A stretch of DNA of 64,000 nt from Eledone cirrhosa. Lineage: Eukaryota. Made by a program: the position numbers and the translations under genes. Shown here one piece after another: positions 25,188 through 38,682 of this stretch; position 1 is the stretch's first letter; each line of letters opens with the position of its first letter. The DNA lies in NCBI GenBank assembly GCA_964016885.1, contig OZ024742.1, positions 123,442,001 through 123,506,000 of the forward strand, given 5' to 3'. The notes beneath the pieces were generated by a model. It was not told where the DNA came from. It saw only the letters and a program-made list of their open reading frames with translations, and did not search any database.

Positions 25188-25848
25188 ATATATATTTTTT
25201 TTATCTATATTATATTATATATATATATATATTTATTTACTTATAAAATGTTTACATATTACAGTGCAGTAATAAGTTAACATTTTAATGTAATTTTTAT
25301 ATAAATTAGTCTGTCTGAAACTCTTCAAGTCAATTTCTCTTTTTGTCAATATATAGAAAAAAAACTATATGTTGAAGACAACTGCGAATTTTAAAAATAT
25401 TGAAACTCTAAAGATAAGATTCTAGTTGTTACAGATAAGCAGAATTTTATAATCTCTTTAGCAAATATCACCTGCCCATGGGAAGTGTCTGCAATTCTGA
25501 CAACTATTCTATGCTATGGCTTTTCTTTATTTATTGCAAATTACTTTATATCTTTTATCATTTCCACAGACAAGCTGATATATAAACTGCTGCTTGGAAA
25601 AAGAGGTAAATGATGAAAAATGAATCCGTTCCGTTTACTCTGGAACAATATATATCAGTTATATCTCTGTATGGAACATAATTTTGAAAGTAGATTATTT
25701 TTATTTGAGTAACCATCACGCACACTCAGACATTAATATATATATATTGAGAGATATATACAAGTCTACATACATACATATATATATACATATGTATACT
25801 ATATATATATTTTTATATATATATACATATATATATGTATAACAATAA

Positions 25849-26230
25849 TAATTGTTTCTACTTTTGGGCACAAGGCCAGCAATTACCAGTGTATTACTGG
25901 TACTTTATTTTATCGACCCTGTAAGGATGAAAGGCAAAGTTAACCTCGGCGGGATTTGAACTCAGATCGTAAAGGGACGTAACTACGCTGGAAAGCATGT
26001 CTGACCCTCTACCAATACTGCCAATAATAATGATAATAATAATTGTTTCTACTATTGGCACAAGGCCAGCAATTACTCAGTACATTACTGGTACTTTATT
26101 TTGTCGACCCCGTAAGGATGAAAGGCAAAGTTAACCTCAGCTGGATTTGAACTCAGAATGGCAAGGGCAGTAACTCTATGCGTCAAAGCATGGCGTCCGA
26201 CCCTCTACCGATACTGCCAATCCACCGCCA
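25849..26230 (-). mobile_element. Two tandem OK-like SINEs
   Basis: Two units each starting aattgtttctac on the plus strand, joined by a taataa-rich spacer. Confidence 0.9.
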
Positions 26231-27000
26231 ATCCACCATATGATAATAATAATGAGTAGGAATGACGTGTCAAAGTATCATCATTAAGTTTATTCATGTG
26301 TGTGTATATATTTATATATACATACATATATACATACATAGATATGTATACATACATTTATACACATACATTTATATATCATCATATATATATTTAAATA
26401 TACAAATATATATATATATATATATACATATATATATCATCATATATATATTTATATACATAGATAAATATATATACCCTTCAATTGTGTCAAAGTCACG
26501 ATAACTTCCTTATAGTTGGTGATCTGCATGTTAACCTCACCCAGTAAATGTTGCAAAATAGTTGGTGTTAGGAAGAGCATCCAGTCATAGAAACTTGCCA
26601 AACAAAGAGTTGGGAGGACCCTTTAGTTGTAGACATGACAACCCACATAGTGCTAGTGACCTACATGATAAAATCACCCAGTACACACTGTAAAGTGGCT
26701 GGTGTGAGGTAGGGCATCCAGCCATAGCAAGCTTACCAAATAAGGGACCATGACAACTCTTACCATCTTAAATTAGATAGCCTAATCACAACTTTCAGAT
26801 GTCTTAATTGTCTAAAGTGCCCAGACGGTAAATGGGTGATTTTTGGTTTGATTCCTCATAACAGCTGAAGGCATTTTCTTTTTGCACATTTAAAGGGTCT
26901 TCACCCTATTTTATCAGGGATTTTATAGCATCCATGCACATGAGCATATCATTCTTCATATTAACTTTCTCAGCCCTTTGTAAATGTCCGAGATCAGCTA

Positions 27001-27063
<63 letters not shown>

Positions 27064-27080
27064 GTGTGTGTGTGTGTATT

Positions 27081-27765
27081 TATATATAAAAAGTACCTCG
27101 TTTGTTATCTGTCTCTTATGCACTTAAAAACCAATGGACCAATCATGTTCTAGCTTGGCATATGAGATACTTAGACCCAGAAATAGGTTTTCCTCACACT
27201 ACACTTGGACCTATATTCATTTGTTTATATGTTTGTTTGTCTGTCAATCTGTGGTAACAGTTCTTGTCATGAGTTATTGTCTTCACTATGACGGAATGTA
27301 ACAGAAAACAGAGAGAGTGAAATGTGAGAATTTGAGAGAAAGTCACCATGTGAAGTCAAATGGAGCACTGAAAGCCAAAGATGGGACTAAGTAATGAAGT
27401 TAACGATGCATGAATGAGTAGAGAAAGAAACAGAAATAAAGAAAGTGAAGAAAGTGAGTGACATGCATTCAACATAGGCAACACTAAAGCAACAAACACA
27501 TGCTTGCTTTAGTATTGAACGTCCCCCTCTATATCCTGCATGAAAGGAGGTAAAAAAGAACCAAAATATTTACAACTGCATTTTATCAGTAATAGGAAAA
27601 CCCAAGCACAGACAAGATATAAAAAGAATAAAGAAACAAACTATGAAATCATATTATAACTACAAGAAACAGCTATATTAGAAGTTTTAAATATACCCTA
27701 GAAAAAGTTTTGAATGGAATTTCCTTATTTTCTCTAATCCAGGCAACACCGGTTACTTCTGTTAG
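27081..27765 (+). mobile_element. Non-autonomous Helitron-like element (diverged)
   Basis: 5' tatatataaaa...tgttatctgtct; 3' ccaggcaacaccgg (decayed hairpin) followed by ttctgTTAG|t, resembling the Helitron hairpin + CTAG end. Confidence 0.55.
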
Positions 27766-28370
27766 TATATATAGCAGGATTATGCAGATTATCTAAACCA
27801 TGCTTTATTCAATTGGCCTTTTGGTTAACTGTAAACATCAACAGATTACAAATAAATGATTAATAACAGTTTAACTTGCATGTGTTGTACTTTCAACTAA
27901 TCCCTAATGTCAATTGTTTCTTTGTTACACCACATGCATCAAAACGGCTGCTTTTGAAATTCAAAACAAGCCCCCATTTCTGCTACATGATCGAATAATA
28001 ATTAATATCAGAGATATCAAAGGGCAATGAACTCCATTTAAGGTATTATTGGTAATTTCTTTTCAGTTGGCTCATGTGTATAGTCGACCAAACAGCTAAC
28101 TGAATAATCCATGACTAGGATAAGGTAAATGTGTTTACTTTACACATGAATAAACATACACACACACACACATACTAAAACATGCTCACCTTACCTCAAT
28201 TGTCTCATAATGTCTAAACAACCTGTCTAACCCATGCAAGAATGGGAAAATGGATGTTAAATGTTGCTGTTGCAGATGATGATGATACATACATATGCAT
28301 AGGATATATACATACGCATATATATTTATGTGTGTGTGGAAGATGGACGTTAACGATGATGATGATGATG

Positions 28371-28407
<37 letters not shown>

Positions 28408-28429
28408 TATATATATACATTTCTAATAC

Positions 28430-28816
28430 AGAAGATGCCTTCCCATGTGCATGGACTCTAACAACATACATGTAATAGGCATCTCTTAACCACTATACCC
28501 CCTTCCATACACCACCCTCACACTGTAAAGTTATGTTGGTATCACAACAAAAAAGCATCCAGCCAATAGTGTCAAGTGGTTGTGTAGGTGTCATGACAAA
28601 AAGCATCCAGCCCATAGTGTAAAGTGGTCTTGTAGGAGTCATGACAAGAAGTACCCAGCACACACTGTAAATGTGGTTGGAATTAGCAAGGGCATTCTGC
28701 CATAGAAACCTAGCCAGAAACAGTTCTATATGAGCAAGACATGGTCACCTGACCTGAATTAACTGTAACCCATGCTAGCATGGATAATTGATGTTAAATG
28801 ATGATGATGATGATGA

Positions 28817-28820
<4 letters not shown>
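28430..28820 (+). mobile_element. RTE LINE 3' UTR with three tandem ~48-bp units
   Basis: Repeats of aagtggt..gtaggtgtcatgacaaaaagcatccagc; (GAT)n tail. Confidence 0.8.
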
Positions 28821-28869
<49 letters not shown>

Positions 28870-29119
28870 TTATAAAGGGTCAGGACCCAACAGCTGTGCT
28901 CTTACTACTTCAACAGCTAGTTCCAGACTCTTTTATGGCCTGTTGTTTACAGCTGGATATGAAGCACTGGCCTTTAAAAAACTTATGTTAGATCAAGCTC
29001 AGAAGTAAAATGATGTCTTAAATCCACCCAATGCTGGTAATAAAGCCAAGAGAAATATAAAGTATTTGCCCATATTTCATTTGATAATTCATCATGGTAA
29101 GGTGTGAAATATATACTAC

Positions 29120-29428
29120 ATTGGGTTCCTTCGAAGGGTCTTTGGGCTAACATTATTCAATAGAATGCATAGCTAAGAGATCAGAGAGTTACTGCAGATA
29201 GAACTGCTACTTCTCTGATACTATGGACAGGTGGTTAGAATGTCTCATGAAAGAATCATTGGACAGATTTTACAGGTTGATGGTTGGATAACATCCATGA
29301 GTCTAGTTGGTGTCACATGGCAATCCAGACAAATCAATCGGAGTCGGTTCTGACAGGACCCGTTGGAAATAGTATTTGAGGATTTTGACCCCACAACCCT
29401 CCCAGGAATAAGTGGGCAAAGGAGAAGG
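29120..29428 (+). mobile_element. 3' fragment of Expander/Rex3-like RTE
   Basis: Similar to 51850-52180. Confidence 0.75.
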
Positions 29429-29739
29429 CCTAAATATGTATGATTTATGTCTACATCACTAGTATATATCTATGTTTATAGTGTACATATTGTGTTTACA
29501 AGTAAAATAAGTGAATGAAAAAACTACAATATGAGGTGAGTAGGACCCTAAAAATAATAGGTCGATTCCTACAAGCCCAATTGCACTCATCTGTTTAAGT
29601 TTAGCCTCATCAACGATTTTACAGTATAGTCAGGTGTATAGTATCATATCACAAGCACTAGAGTGTTTGTAGTCTGCCAATACTGTCATCTCTACACTAC
29701 ATTGATTCCATTTATTAGGAATTAATGTTAGTCTTTATG

Positions 29740-29960
29740 ATCAAGTGGTTGGCGACTAAACCAGCTCCCTAATAGCTCTGGTCTGGTGAGAAGATTAAGT
29801 CGAACCCCTGCAAAACAAAAACACAAGAGTTGTTAAAAGGGAAGATGAACTCCTCAGATTCCACGGCCATCCACACCAACTATGGGTTAAATAGCTTCAC
29901 CAACCTGTTCAAGTATGGTGAGCAGGGTTTCACTTCTGACATGACCAAAACCAAACAGAA
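29740..29960 (+). repeat. Unclassified dispersed repeat; second copy at ~46980-47190
   Basis: Both share gttaaaaggg..gatga.ctcctcaga.tc.a.ggccatccac...ggttaaatagc.tca.caacctg...accaaaacca. Confidence 0.7.
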
Positions 29961-31900
29961 AGTGGTGGAGGTCAACCAGGGAGGGATTCATCAACAGGAG
30001 TGAGGGAGGATTGGAGTGTTACACAGAGAGTATGTCATGCACTGTTTCAGAAAATCTAGTGCATGGAAGAATATAAAATGACTGTTTGTGAGGCACCACA
30101 AGTGTTTATGCTGATACTAAGATGTCCAACATTAAAACCGATTTATCTTAATTTAATGCGGAATGGAAACTTTAACTGCAAAGCTGAAATAAATAGCTTT
30201 GTTAAAATAGATGCAGTGTAGAACATGTAAACATAGATGATAAAGGAAAGAACATCTTAAAATATATTTGATTAAAAAAAGAATTTTGAAGAAAATAAAT
30301 TCAATTAGCAATTTCTGAGAAATAAGTGGTTTATTTATTTTTTTTATTTTTGGTACATATAAATGTAAGTGGATTTAAAAGAGGAGAGGGGGAACAAAAA
30401 AGCACTAAAACATAAAATGCAAGTGTCTATATAATTGAACGATAATGTTTGTATATAAAATTTATTATAATTAAACTATAAAATAATTAGAACTACACAA
30501 ATGAGAAATTAAACTGAATTTCTGCAAACTTTACTATCTGATGCAAGAATTTCAAAGATGGCTGAAACATGTATTTTATTCTGCTGTTGAGAAATATTTG
30601 TTTCTAAGTTGAGTGCAATTACGAAAGCTGGAGATTTTACTGAGTAGATTATTTCTTCAGCTGTTCAATTGTAAATTCATTGAAAACATAATTGATTTCT
30701 TGTTATTTATTTTAAGAAGAGATTATTGAAATTGAGGAACAGAATTAAGCCATCTTAAAATTTATTAAAGTTCTCTTTGTAAAAGAAATTTTACCATTTA
30801 TTTTATCTCTCCATATCTGAAGATCTTTCCCTATTCTTACTCTTTACATGTTTGTTTTGTATTAATCTTTATTTTAATTTGAGTGAGTTTTGCTATGTTT
30901 ACATACAGTCAAAGCCCTATCTTTTGTGACTCTCTCTTTCTTTCTGCAAAATACACATTTCCTGTGTCTTCAGCTTTTAATTTGGCAAATGCAAATGCAC
31001 ACACATCACATACACACAATTTGTAGGCCTATTTAATCACTTAGCTCATTTCTTTTGGAGAAAGTATTACATTCATTAATTACAGGCTCACAGACATACA
31101 TATATACATATAAGTGTATGTATATATATGTGTGTGTGTGTGTGTGCATAGGTATACATATGTATGTCTCTCTTCATTCTATTTTCCACCATCTTGTCTT
31201 TGTGAGCTGTGCACACAACATAACAAAAATAGTCACTGAGATCACAGAATATGACAAAAGAGGTTTGACAATCAACAACTAAACAATCATCCAGTTATTA
31301 AACTAACTGACTGATAACACATTGAAGTGAAACCAAACTAGTGTGTGTTTTTATTGGCTGCATAACCCTCCCAAAGTATAACAATATATACACATGTATA
31401 TATATTTATATATATATATATATATACACTTATATATATATATATGATCATCCTACCCATGTTAGCATGGAACATGGGCGTTAAATGATGATGGTGATGA
31501 TACACACATACTCACACACACACAGACACACATATTTCGTCTCCCACCATCACGTAAATTTCTGAACCAGTCGCCAATCGGTAGACGGCATTGTGATGAC
31601 GCGTAAGGATTTCAGTTGCTAATGTTTAACTGTGTTGACCGTCAGATACACTGTCATACCTAACACGGACTGGAATTGAATTCTGTCGGTCGATTGGTTA
31701 TTGATTCGGTGAAACCCGCTGATGAAGCCACATGTGTTGATTGTGCATTGTTGTATAATAAATGCAGACAATAGATGCTCTACACTCTCTTGCTTCATTA
31801 AGTGTGATCAGAACTCGAATACAGGTATAGATTGATGGTACCCATTTACGTGTGTTGTATTGAAGCGAATAGCTATGTGTCTACTGTAGGAGACTACAAG

Positions 31901-31999
31901 TTAAAACATATCTGAGGAGCATCTGATTCCAAAGTCAGGTTCGATCATTAATAGATCATTCCTTGAGCTGATTGATAGTGAAACATATGTAATATTTAA
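31901..31999 (+). ncRNA. Type-I hammerhead ribozyme with ~60-nt helix II domain
   Basis: TTAAAACATAT-CTGAGGA-GCATC...GATAGT-GAAA-CATATG-TA-ATATTTAA; palindromic helix III ACATATGT, GUA site; paralogue at 3745-3835 (-). Confidence 0.65.
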
Positions 32000-32229
32000 T
32001 TAAATATGTATATGATACAACACTGATTATTCGTTCCCTTATATATTAATATCATTGATACTCTGCTCCCCAAGAGCATTGAGTGCTCATTCAGCATACC
32101 ACCTATGGACACAATTAATTTGCACCTTAATATCTATATATACTTTCACCCTTAACAGAATCTTCAGAAGATCCTGTTAAGAGTGAAAGCAGCGATTCTT
32201 TGCTTAAACTTTAATCTGTTTTTATAGTA

Positions 32230-32710
32230 TATATATAACCAAAATTAAATAGAAAATATGAATGGAATAGCAACATCACAACTTACAATTAAGGACAAAA
32301 TGAAAACACACAGACACACAAAACAAAAACACACACACACATAGAACAAACAACCAACCAGTAACATGTAAATAAACAAATAAATAAACAAATATAAACA
32401 CACACAGACACCCGGATGTAACACATGCGCAAACTAAGCACACAACACACACAAAAACAAGATGGCGTAGGACAGAATAAAGGAGAGGCACAAAAACAAA
32501 GAAAAGAATCTCCAGTCACTGAAGAGGTCACAGAATGTGTGACGAAAGAACTTTGACAATATATGAACAATCGTCTGGTTGTGGAACCAGCCGACCAACC
32601 GGAAATTTATATATTCCTAAATTTATAAATTTAATTTATAATAAATTGAAGTGAAATCAATTGGTGCGTGCGTTTCTTATTGGCAACATGACCCTCCCAA
32701 AGCATAACAA
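32230..32710 (+). mobile_element. Probable Penelope-type 3' end/pseudo-LTR with degenerate hammerhead (32515-32557); relic copy at ~31225-31382
   Basis: GTCA-CTGAAGA-G-GTCACA-GAATG-TGTGAC-GAAA-GAAC-TT-TGAC; both copies end ttattggc..cat.accctcccaaag.ataac. Confidence 0.6.
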
Positions 32711-32821
32711 TATATATATATATATATTTATTAAATATTTGCTCTACGGTTCTTATATACTTGATATATATTTATTCTTATTGAGCGCTCTTTGGATTTT
32801 AGTCTTCAAATTTATTATTAT

Positions 32822-32873
<52 letters not shown>

Positions 32874-33236
32874 TATATTTTGGAATGGCTGTGAGAAACA
32901 TCAGATAATATAAGAAATGTATAGAAAACATTCTGGAAGTTATTAATAACTATTAACAACAATGATTTGCTTATATGTGCAAAGGTCATACTGAATGAAG
33001 TACAGTAAATAATAGTCATTGAGTGTAAAGATCTGTGAAGAGTGAGGAAGAAAAAAATGTGATACACTAGATGTAATACACTGGATATGCATTGTTTATC
33101 TGCATGAAATGTATATCATAATTGAGCTGAGAAAATATCACACAGTTTAAAGCACTGTTCAATAAATGCCATCTTGTTAGTTGGATTTATATTGACCTAT
33201 AATCAGTTTAGTGTCCATTTTCAAGGAAAAAGTGGT

Positions 33237-33528
33237 GAAGGCACATGGCCTAATGCTTACAATGCCTGACATATGATTACAATGCCATCAGTTCCATTCC
33301 TGGATCAGGTTGTGCTGTGTTCTTGGGCAAAACACTTTCTTTCATGTTGCTCCAGTACACACAGCAGTAGCTGGGGAGTTAATCCAACACTAGCAGTCTA
33401 GTGTTGGATTAACTCCCCAGCTACATCCTATCCAAGGAGAGTCTTGTATTCTCAGTCACTTAATGCCAAGGAAACCGGGGATAAGCACTAGCTTGATGAT
33501 CATTCAGCTTAGAACAGACTTTAACTTA
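33237..33528 (+). mobile_element. V-like tRNA-SINE with an internal perfect 27-bp hairpin
   Basis: Colinear with 22068-22352 except for the inverted duplication at 33367-33424. Confidence 0.85.
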
Positions 33529-33717
33529 CGTAGTGCAATCTATACATTGCAGATATAGAGAAATAAATCTAGAAAATGTAGTGAACTCCAATCAGATAAC
33601 TGTCTGTCTCAAAGACAAGATAATGTATGAGCGAATGAAGTAACACATTGCAAGGCTCTGCAAATTAATGCCAACATGGTAAAATGTATGCAAAAATATT
33701 TTTATTATTATTATTTT

Positions 33718-34100
33718 TGGTGGATTGGCAGTGTCGGTAGAGAGTCGGACGCCATGCTTTGCAGCATAGCATTACGACCCTTTATGATCTGAGTTCAAAT
33801 CCAGCTGAGGTTAACTTTGCCGATGAAATAAAGTACCAGTCACGCACTGGGGTCGATTTAATCGACTTTCCCCTCCTCCAAAATTGCTGGCTTTGTGTCT
33901 ATATAAGAAACCATTATTATTATTTTTGGTAGAGGGTCGGACTCCATGCTTTGATGCATAGAGTTACGGCCCTTTCTATTCTGAGTTCAAATCCCGCTGA
34001 CGTTAACTTTGCCTTTCATCCTTTTATCCTAAAATAAAGTACCAGTACTGCACTGGATAATTGCTGGCCTTGTGCCAAAAGTAGAAACAATTATTATTAT
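33718..34100 (+). mobile_element. Two tandem OK-like SINEs
   Basis: ggtggattggcagt...gagttcaaatcc...aaagtaccag...gaaac.attattatt, twice. Confidence 0.9.
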
Positions 34101-35672
34101 TTTTGGTTGGCAGCATTTTTAGGTCATTGGACAACATGTTTGGGGCATTTAATTAAATAGCTTTGCTTTCTGATTTTAAATCCTATGAAAGTCAACTTAA
34201 CATTTTATTCTTCCCAATTTGATAAAATAAATACCAGTAAAGTACTAGTATTTGAATTTCCTCAACCACAATGTGCTGGTCTTGTGCCTATACTAGAAAC
34301 AATCATTAGTTTTAATGTTAGAGGATGTCAGAATTGGTTGAGGATAAAAAAGAAAACAGGCTGCAGTATTTAATTATGACCTTTAGCTTTTCAAATGTAA
34401 CTGAGCTCAACTTATTGCCACTGGGTCAATAAAATAAAGTACCAGTAATGCACTGGTAATTGCTGGCCTTGTGCCAAAAAGTAGAAACAATTATTATTGT
34501 TATTTCATTAGGGGTGGTGGACAAGCAGAATCGTTAGTGTGATGGACAATGCCAAACAATATTTGTTCCAGCTCTTTACATTCATAGTTCAACTTTCGAG
34601 GGTCGATATCATAAAGTCCTGGGTCAATATAAGCGAGTTTTTCTCTCCCCAAAATGTGTTTGAAAGAATTGTTAGGGCTGAAGAACGGCAGCATCAGTAG
34701 CATGCTGGACAAAATGTCTTGTAATAATAAATTATGCAGTTTTTCCTGTGGTTTTTGAAATGAGTTGAAGTATTCTGATCTAGAAACATGATAAATTATC
34801 ATTTTGATTTAGTTAACTGTGGATTGGGCGCACCAACGAACTTCTCATGTTTGGAAGTGAATATTAAACCGGTTTCGCATTCGAGATGAAATTTGTTTTC
34901 CCTCTATAATTTTTGCAAAAGGTGACAAATTGTCAGTCATTAGAATATCAGATAGAAAGCTTTACAGTATTCATTTCGTCTCCTTGCTCTTTGGGTTCAA
35001 ATCCCACCGTGGTCAACTTTGCCTTTCATCCAGTCGAGCTCGATAAAAAAAAAGTACCCGACTAGTACTAGAGTAGATTCTTCCGCCATATTTCTTTCTC
35101 ACTATCACTTTCCATCATTCTATGGAAGAAAGATGTAGTGTTCAAACGTGGAGAGGAAATGGGCTCAGCCAGGTTTTAAGATGCCCAGAAGCATGCAAGT
35201 ATTGCTTTTTTTTTAGTATTTTGAACGGATGTAGCTTTCAAAACAGTCAGAAATTATTCGTCTTTTGTCAACTGAAGGGGAGGGGTGTAAATTCACCTCC
35301 AAACCAGAGAGAGACGAATGCAATTGTAAAAAAATAAAAACAACCTAAATAACTGTTTCCCCAACCATGAAATTTGTGGTCTTGTAGCTATGTTAGAAAT
35401 TATTAAAGGAAATTATCGCTCGGAAATAATTATTGTTATAACAAATTATGCTGGTAACGATTATGATGATATATTGTCTCGATAGCGTAAGCAATTCTAG
35501 TCACGTTAATTATCTTATTTTTATTGTTATTTTTTTTTTCATATTACAGAATGTTTAACTTCTGAAATGATACCAACACTAATATTTCTTTGTTTCGAAC
35601 CGCCTCTACACACTCACTTGTAATTATTTTCTTTTTTGCTTTGCATGTAAACAACTTCCCGTGTCGCACATA

Positions 35673-35703
<31 letters not shown>

Positions 35704-37322
35704 TTGAATAAAAGATAAAATGACTATTTATAATCATGTCTTGGGTTATAATACACATACACACGCATATTGCTCGTTCTAACACAATTAAAATTAAAAC
35801 TTCTATAAGAATCATGATTCGGAGATTCACGAACATAATGTAACACACACATATATATGTACACACACACACATATATATATGTACACACACACACATAT
35901 ATATATACATATATATGTACACACACACATACATATCATATCGATGTATTTATTCATTTTTCAATGTACGACTTAGAGAAAACATTCGCAGACACTAACA
36001 ATATTAGAATAATTTTCTTTTACAAGATCGAAATTAAAATATGTAATAAGCTGTCGACATAAACACATGATTGAATTAAGAATGCTAACTGCTTCAATTT
36101 TTCGATTTAGTTACAATTTTTAACAAAACAATAATTCATAAATTATTATAGAATAATAATTGTTTCTACTTTAGGCACAAGGCCAGCAATTACCCAGTGC
36201 ATTACTGGTACTTTATTTTATCGACCCCGTAAGGATGAAAGGCAAAGTTAACATAAAGAGTTAACAGAAAAGATATAATGATAATTCTCGAATTTTAATA
36301 GAGTTGGTGAATTTTGCTTTAATTCATGAATGTAAATAACGAGAGAAAACTTATGTCAAATTTGAAAACCCATAAGTTTTAATTGAATTTTGTAATTTCG
36401 AACTCGAACAAACGGATACGGCAAAATAACGCATGCGCACAATCTCTATGGAATGGACCTCAGTTAGTGTCAACGATGCGTGATATAGGTATTCGTTCAA
36501 CAGAACAGCCTGCTCCTGAAATTAACGAGTAAGTGGCTGAATATGACACAGACACGTGTAGCCAACGGACGAGAGAGCGCGTGACAGACTGACCCTCTGA
36601 ATTACAGACACTGTCTATTTGACTACCTTCCAAACATTTGCTGCCTATCCAACTTCACTCAAAAGGCTTTAGACGATGACGTATGCTCGAGATTTCTGGC
36701 CCTCGAGAGTGTGTAGCCCTAAGCTATAGGTTATTTAGCATATAGGTAAATCCAGCCCTGTAAGATAGATCATAACGCCACCCAACTGTCTCGTCTACCC
36801 CACATCACACCTAAACTCGACCCTTTTCTGTTTCAGGAAGGACACCAACAATTATCTTTATTTCTAAGTTTTCTTGTTTTAGTTAGATTTTAAAATGTTG
36901 TCCCGGATTTGTGGCGCTTCCAGATTTTAGCGACCTAGATTATTGCCAAATTTGCCTAATGTGTAGCACCCATCCTGTTCACTAGTAATTTTAAGTTATT
37001 TAAACTTATCTTCCAATAAACCGGCCTTATTGTACTGATGCCAATGTTGGCTTTTAGAGGGTATATATGTTGACTGAATGTGTTCACCGATTGCAACGGC
37101 TGTGAATTTGATGTTGATTTGTTGTTTAATGAATTGATCAGTGGTAGGAATTGTACTACTAAATGTTGGCTTAATGGTGAATGTGTAAAATGATCTTTGA
37201 TGAACTCCAGTGGACAATCGATGGGAACCTATTTTATGAGGATGCCGTTATATTATGTCAATAAGCAGATGACCTGCAGCAAACCATTCCTCCAGACAAT
37301 TTGGTGAGATGTGTCCAAAACA

Positions 37323-37665
37323 AAGGAACTACATATATATGAGGCCAAAAGACCAGCGTGTGCAATGGCAATGACATATTTAACTAGTAGCGGAGTTGTT
37401 TCATGGCGCGTAACAATAACCTTTCATGCATGATTTGGTCACCGGTTGACCAATCATAAATTGCTCATGAATATCAACAACTTCCGTCCTGCTAGTATAT
37501 TTTCGCGCTTATTTTGTTTCACTTTATACTTGTTGCGGTTTTGACTTCAAGAAGCTGACATCCATTTTTCCTTGCCGTGTCAACAACTAGCCAATATGTA
37601 ACGGTAAATTACAACTTCGGCCTGGTCGGTGACATGTCGGCTAGGGACCGCTCCATTTGCATATA
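37323..37665. promoter_or_regulatory. CpG-rich promoter-like island
   Basis: Clustered motifs: ggaactaca (ZNF143/Staf-like half), atggcg (YY1), CCAAT within a quasi-palindrome at 37430-37457, acttccg (ETS) at 37480, tttcgcgc (E2F) at 37501, atttgcat (octamer) at ~37655. Motif match only. Confidence 0.45.
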
Positions 37666-38682
37666 ACAATTAATTTTGTTTCTTCACTTCATTTGGCATG
37701 CCAACACAACTTTTGTAATCCTGTTTCGGTTGTAAATAAATCATGTAAAAGGTTATAAAGTCTAATAATACTTTTACTACCACCACCTTGGGCGTGTTAT
37801 GAGAACATCCTTTTCCCAAGGTTCTATCAGTACAACAGCAAATTCTCTTCTTTCGTGGCGACATCCTTACCACTGCATAACAACTTCTTCTACGTTACAT
37901 TCACTTTCGGCTAACATTACCATATAACAAAACCTACACATCTTCTCTTGCTAGTAACAACAAAACTACTTATTGCTAAAACCTAACTTGGGAACACACT
38001 TGATAGTTTAATACCAGATCAGCTTTGATCAAGTTGATCCAATTCCTAGTTGGATATAAGAAAATGTGAATTTGAAGGCAATGGTAGAGCCATTAGAACA
38101 TCGAACAAAATGCCTAATGGTATTTCTTTCGGTTAAATATGTCTGAGATTAAGTTCCATAGAAGTCAACTTTGCCTTTCATCGATTCTGCAATTGCCATT
38201 ATTTGTAATGCTAATAACAATGGAAAGAAATCGAAGATATATTCTATTATTGACAAAACATTTATCACACACGCAAGCTAAGTTATGAAACAAAATCAGT
38301 TATAATCCGTTATAGATACAACATATATTATTTATTTTCTTCGTAGGACGTTTGTCTAGGGAATAAATATTTCAAATTAAGTGTGATGTGCATATTAATA
38401 ATATATAGTTTTGAGAATCTAACGGTCAGTGGGATATCTGCTGTCCTTAGTTTGCTGAGATTGTAGGTTGTATGCGTTATTCCCTGTTATAAACTCGAAG
38501 ATGTAATGCATCGTACTAACATTTGTTAAATTTGTACAAACGTAGTCGCAGAATCTATAAATATAATTCACAGTATGTAGTATATAATTCTTCACAAAGC
38601 ACCACACCGCTAATAGATAAATAAATAAAATATAAAAAAAAATCACAGATTGTTATATATATTAGCACTTGCAATAAAGAGA

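Noticed and set aside
30538-30580. CTGATGC...GAAACATGTA
   Set aside because: A9 is missing and there is no helix I or helix II pairing.
31705-31870. GAAACCCG-CTGATGA-AGCC as a second hammerhead in the 600-nt element
   Set aside because: No downstream helix II closure with GAAA and NUH could be found.
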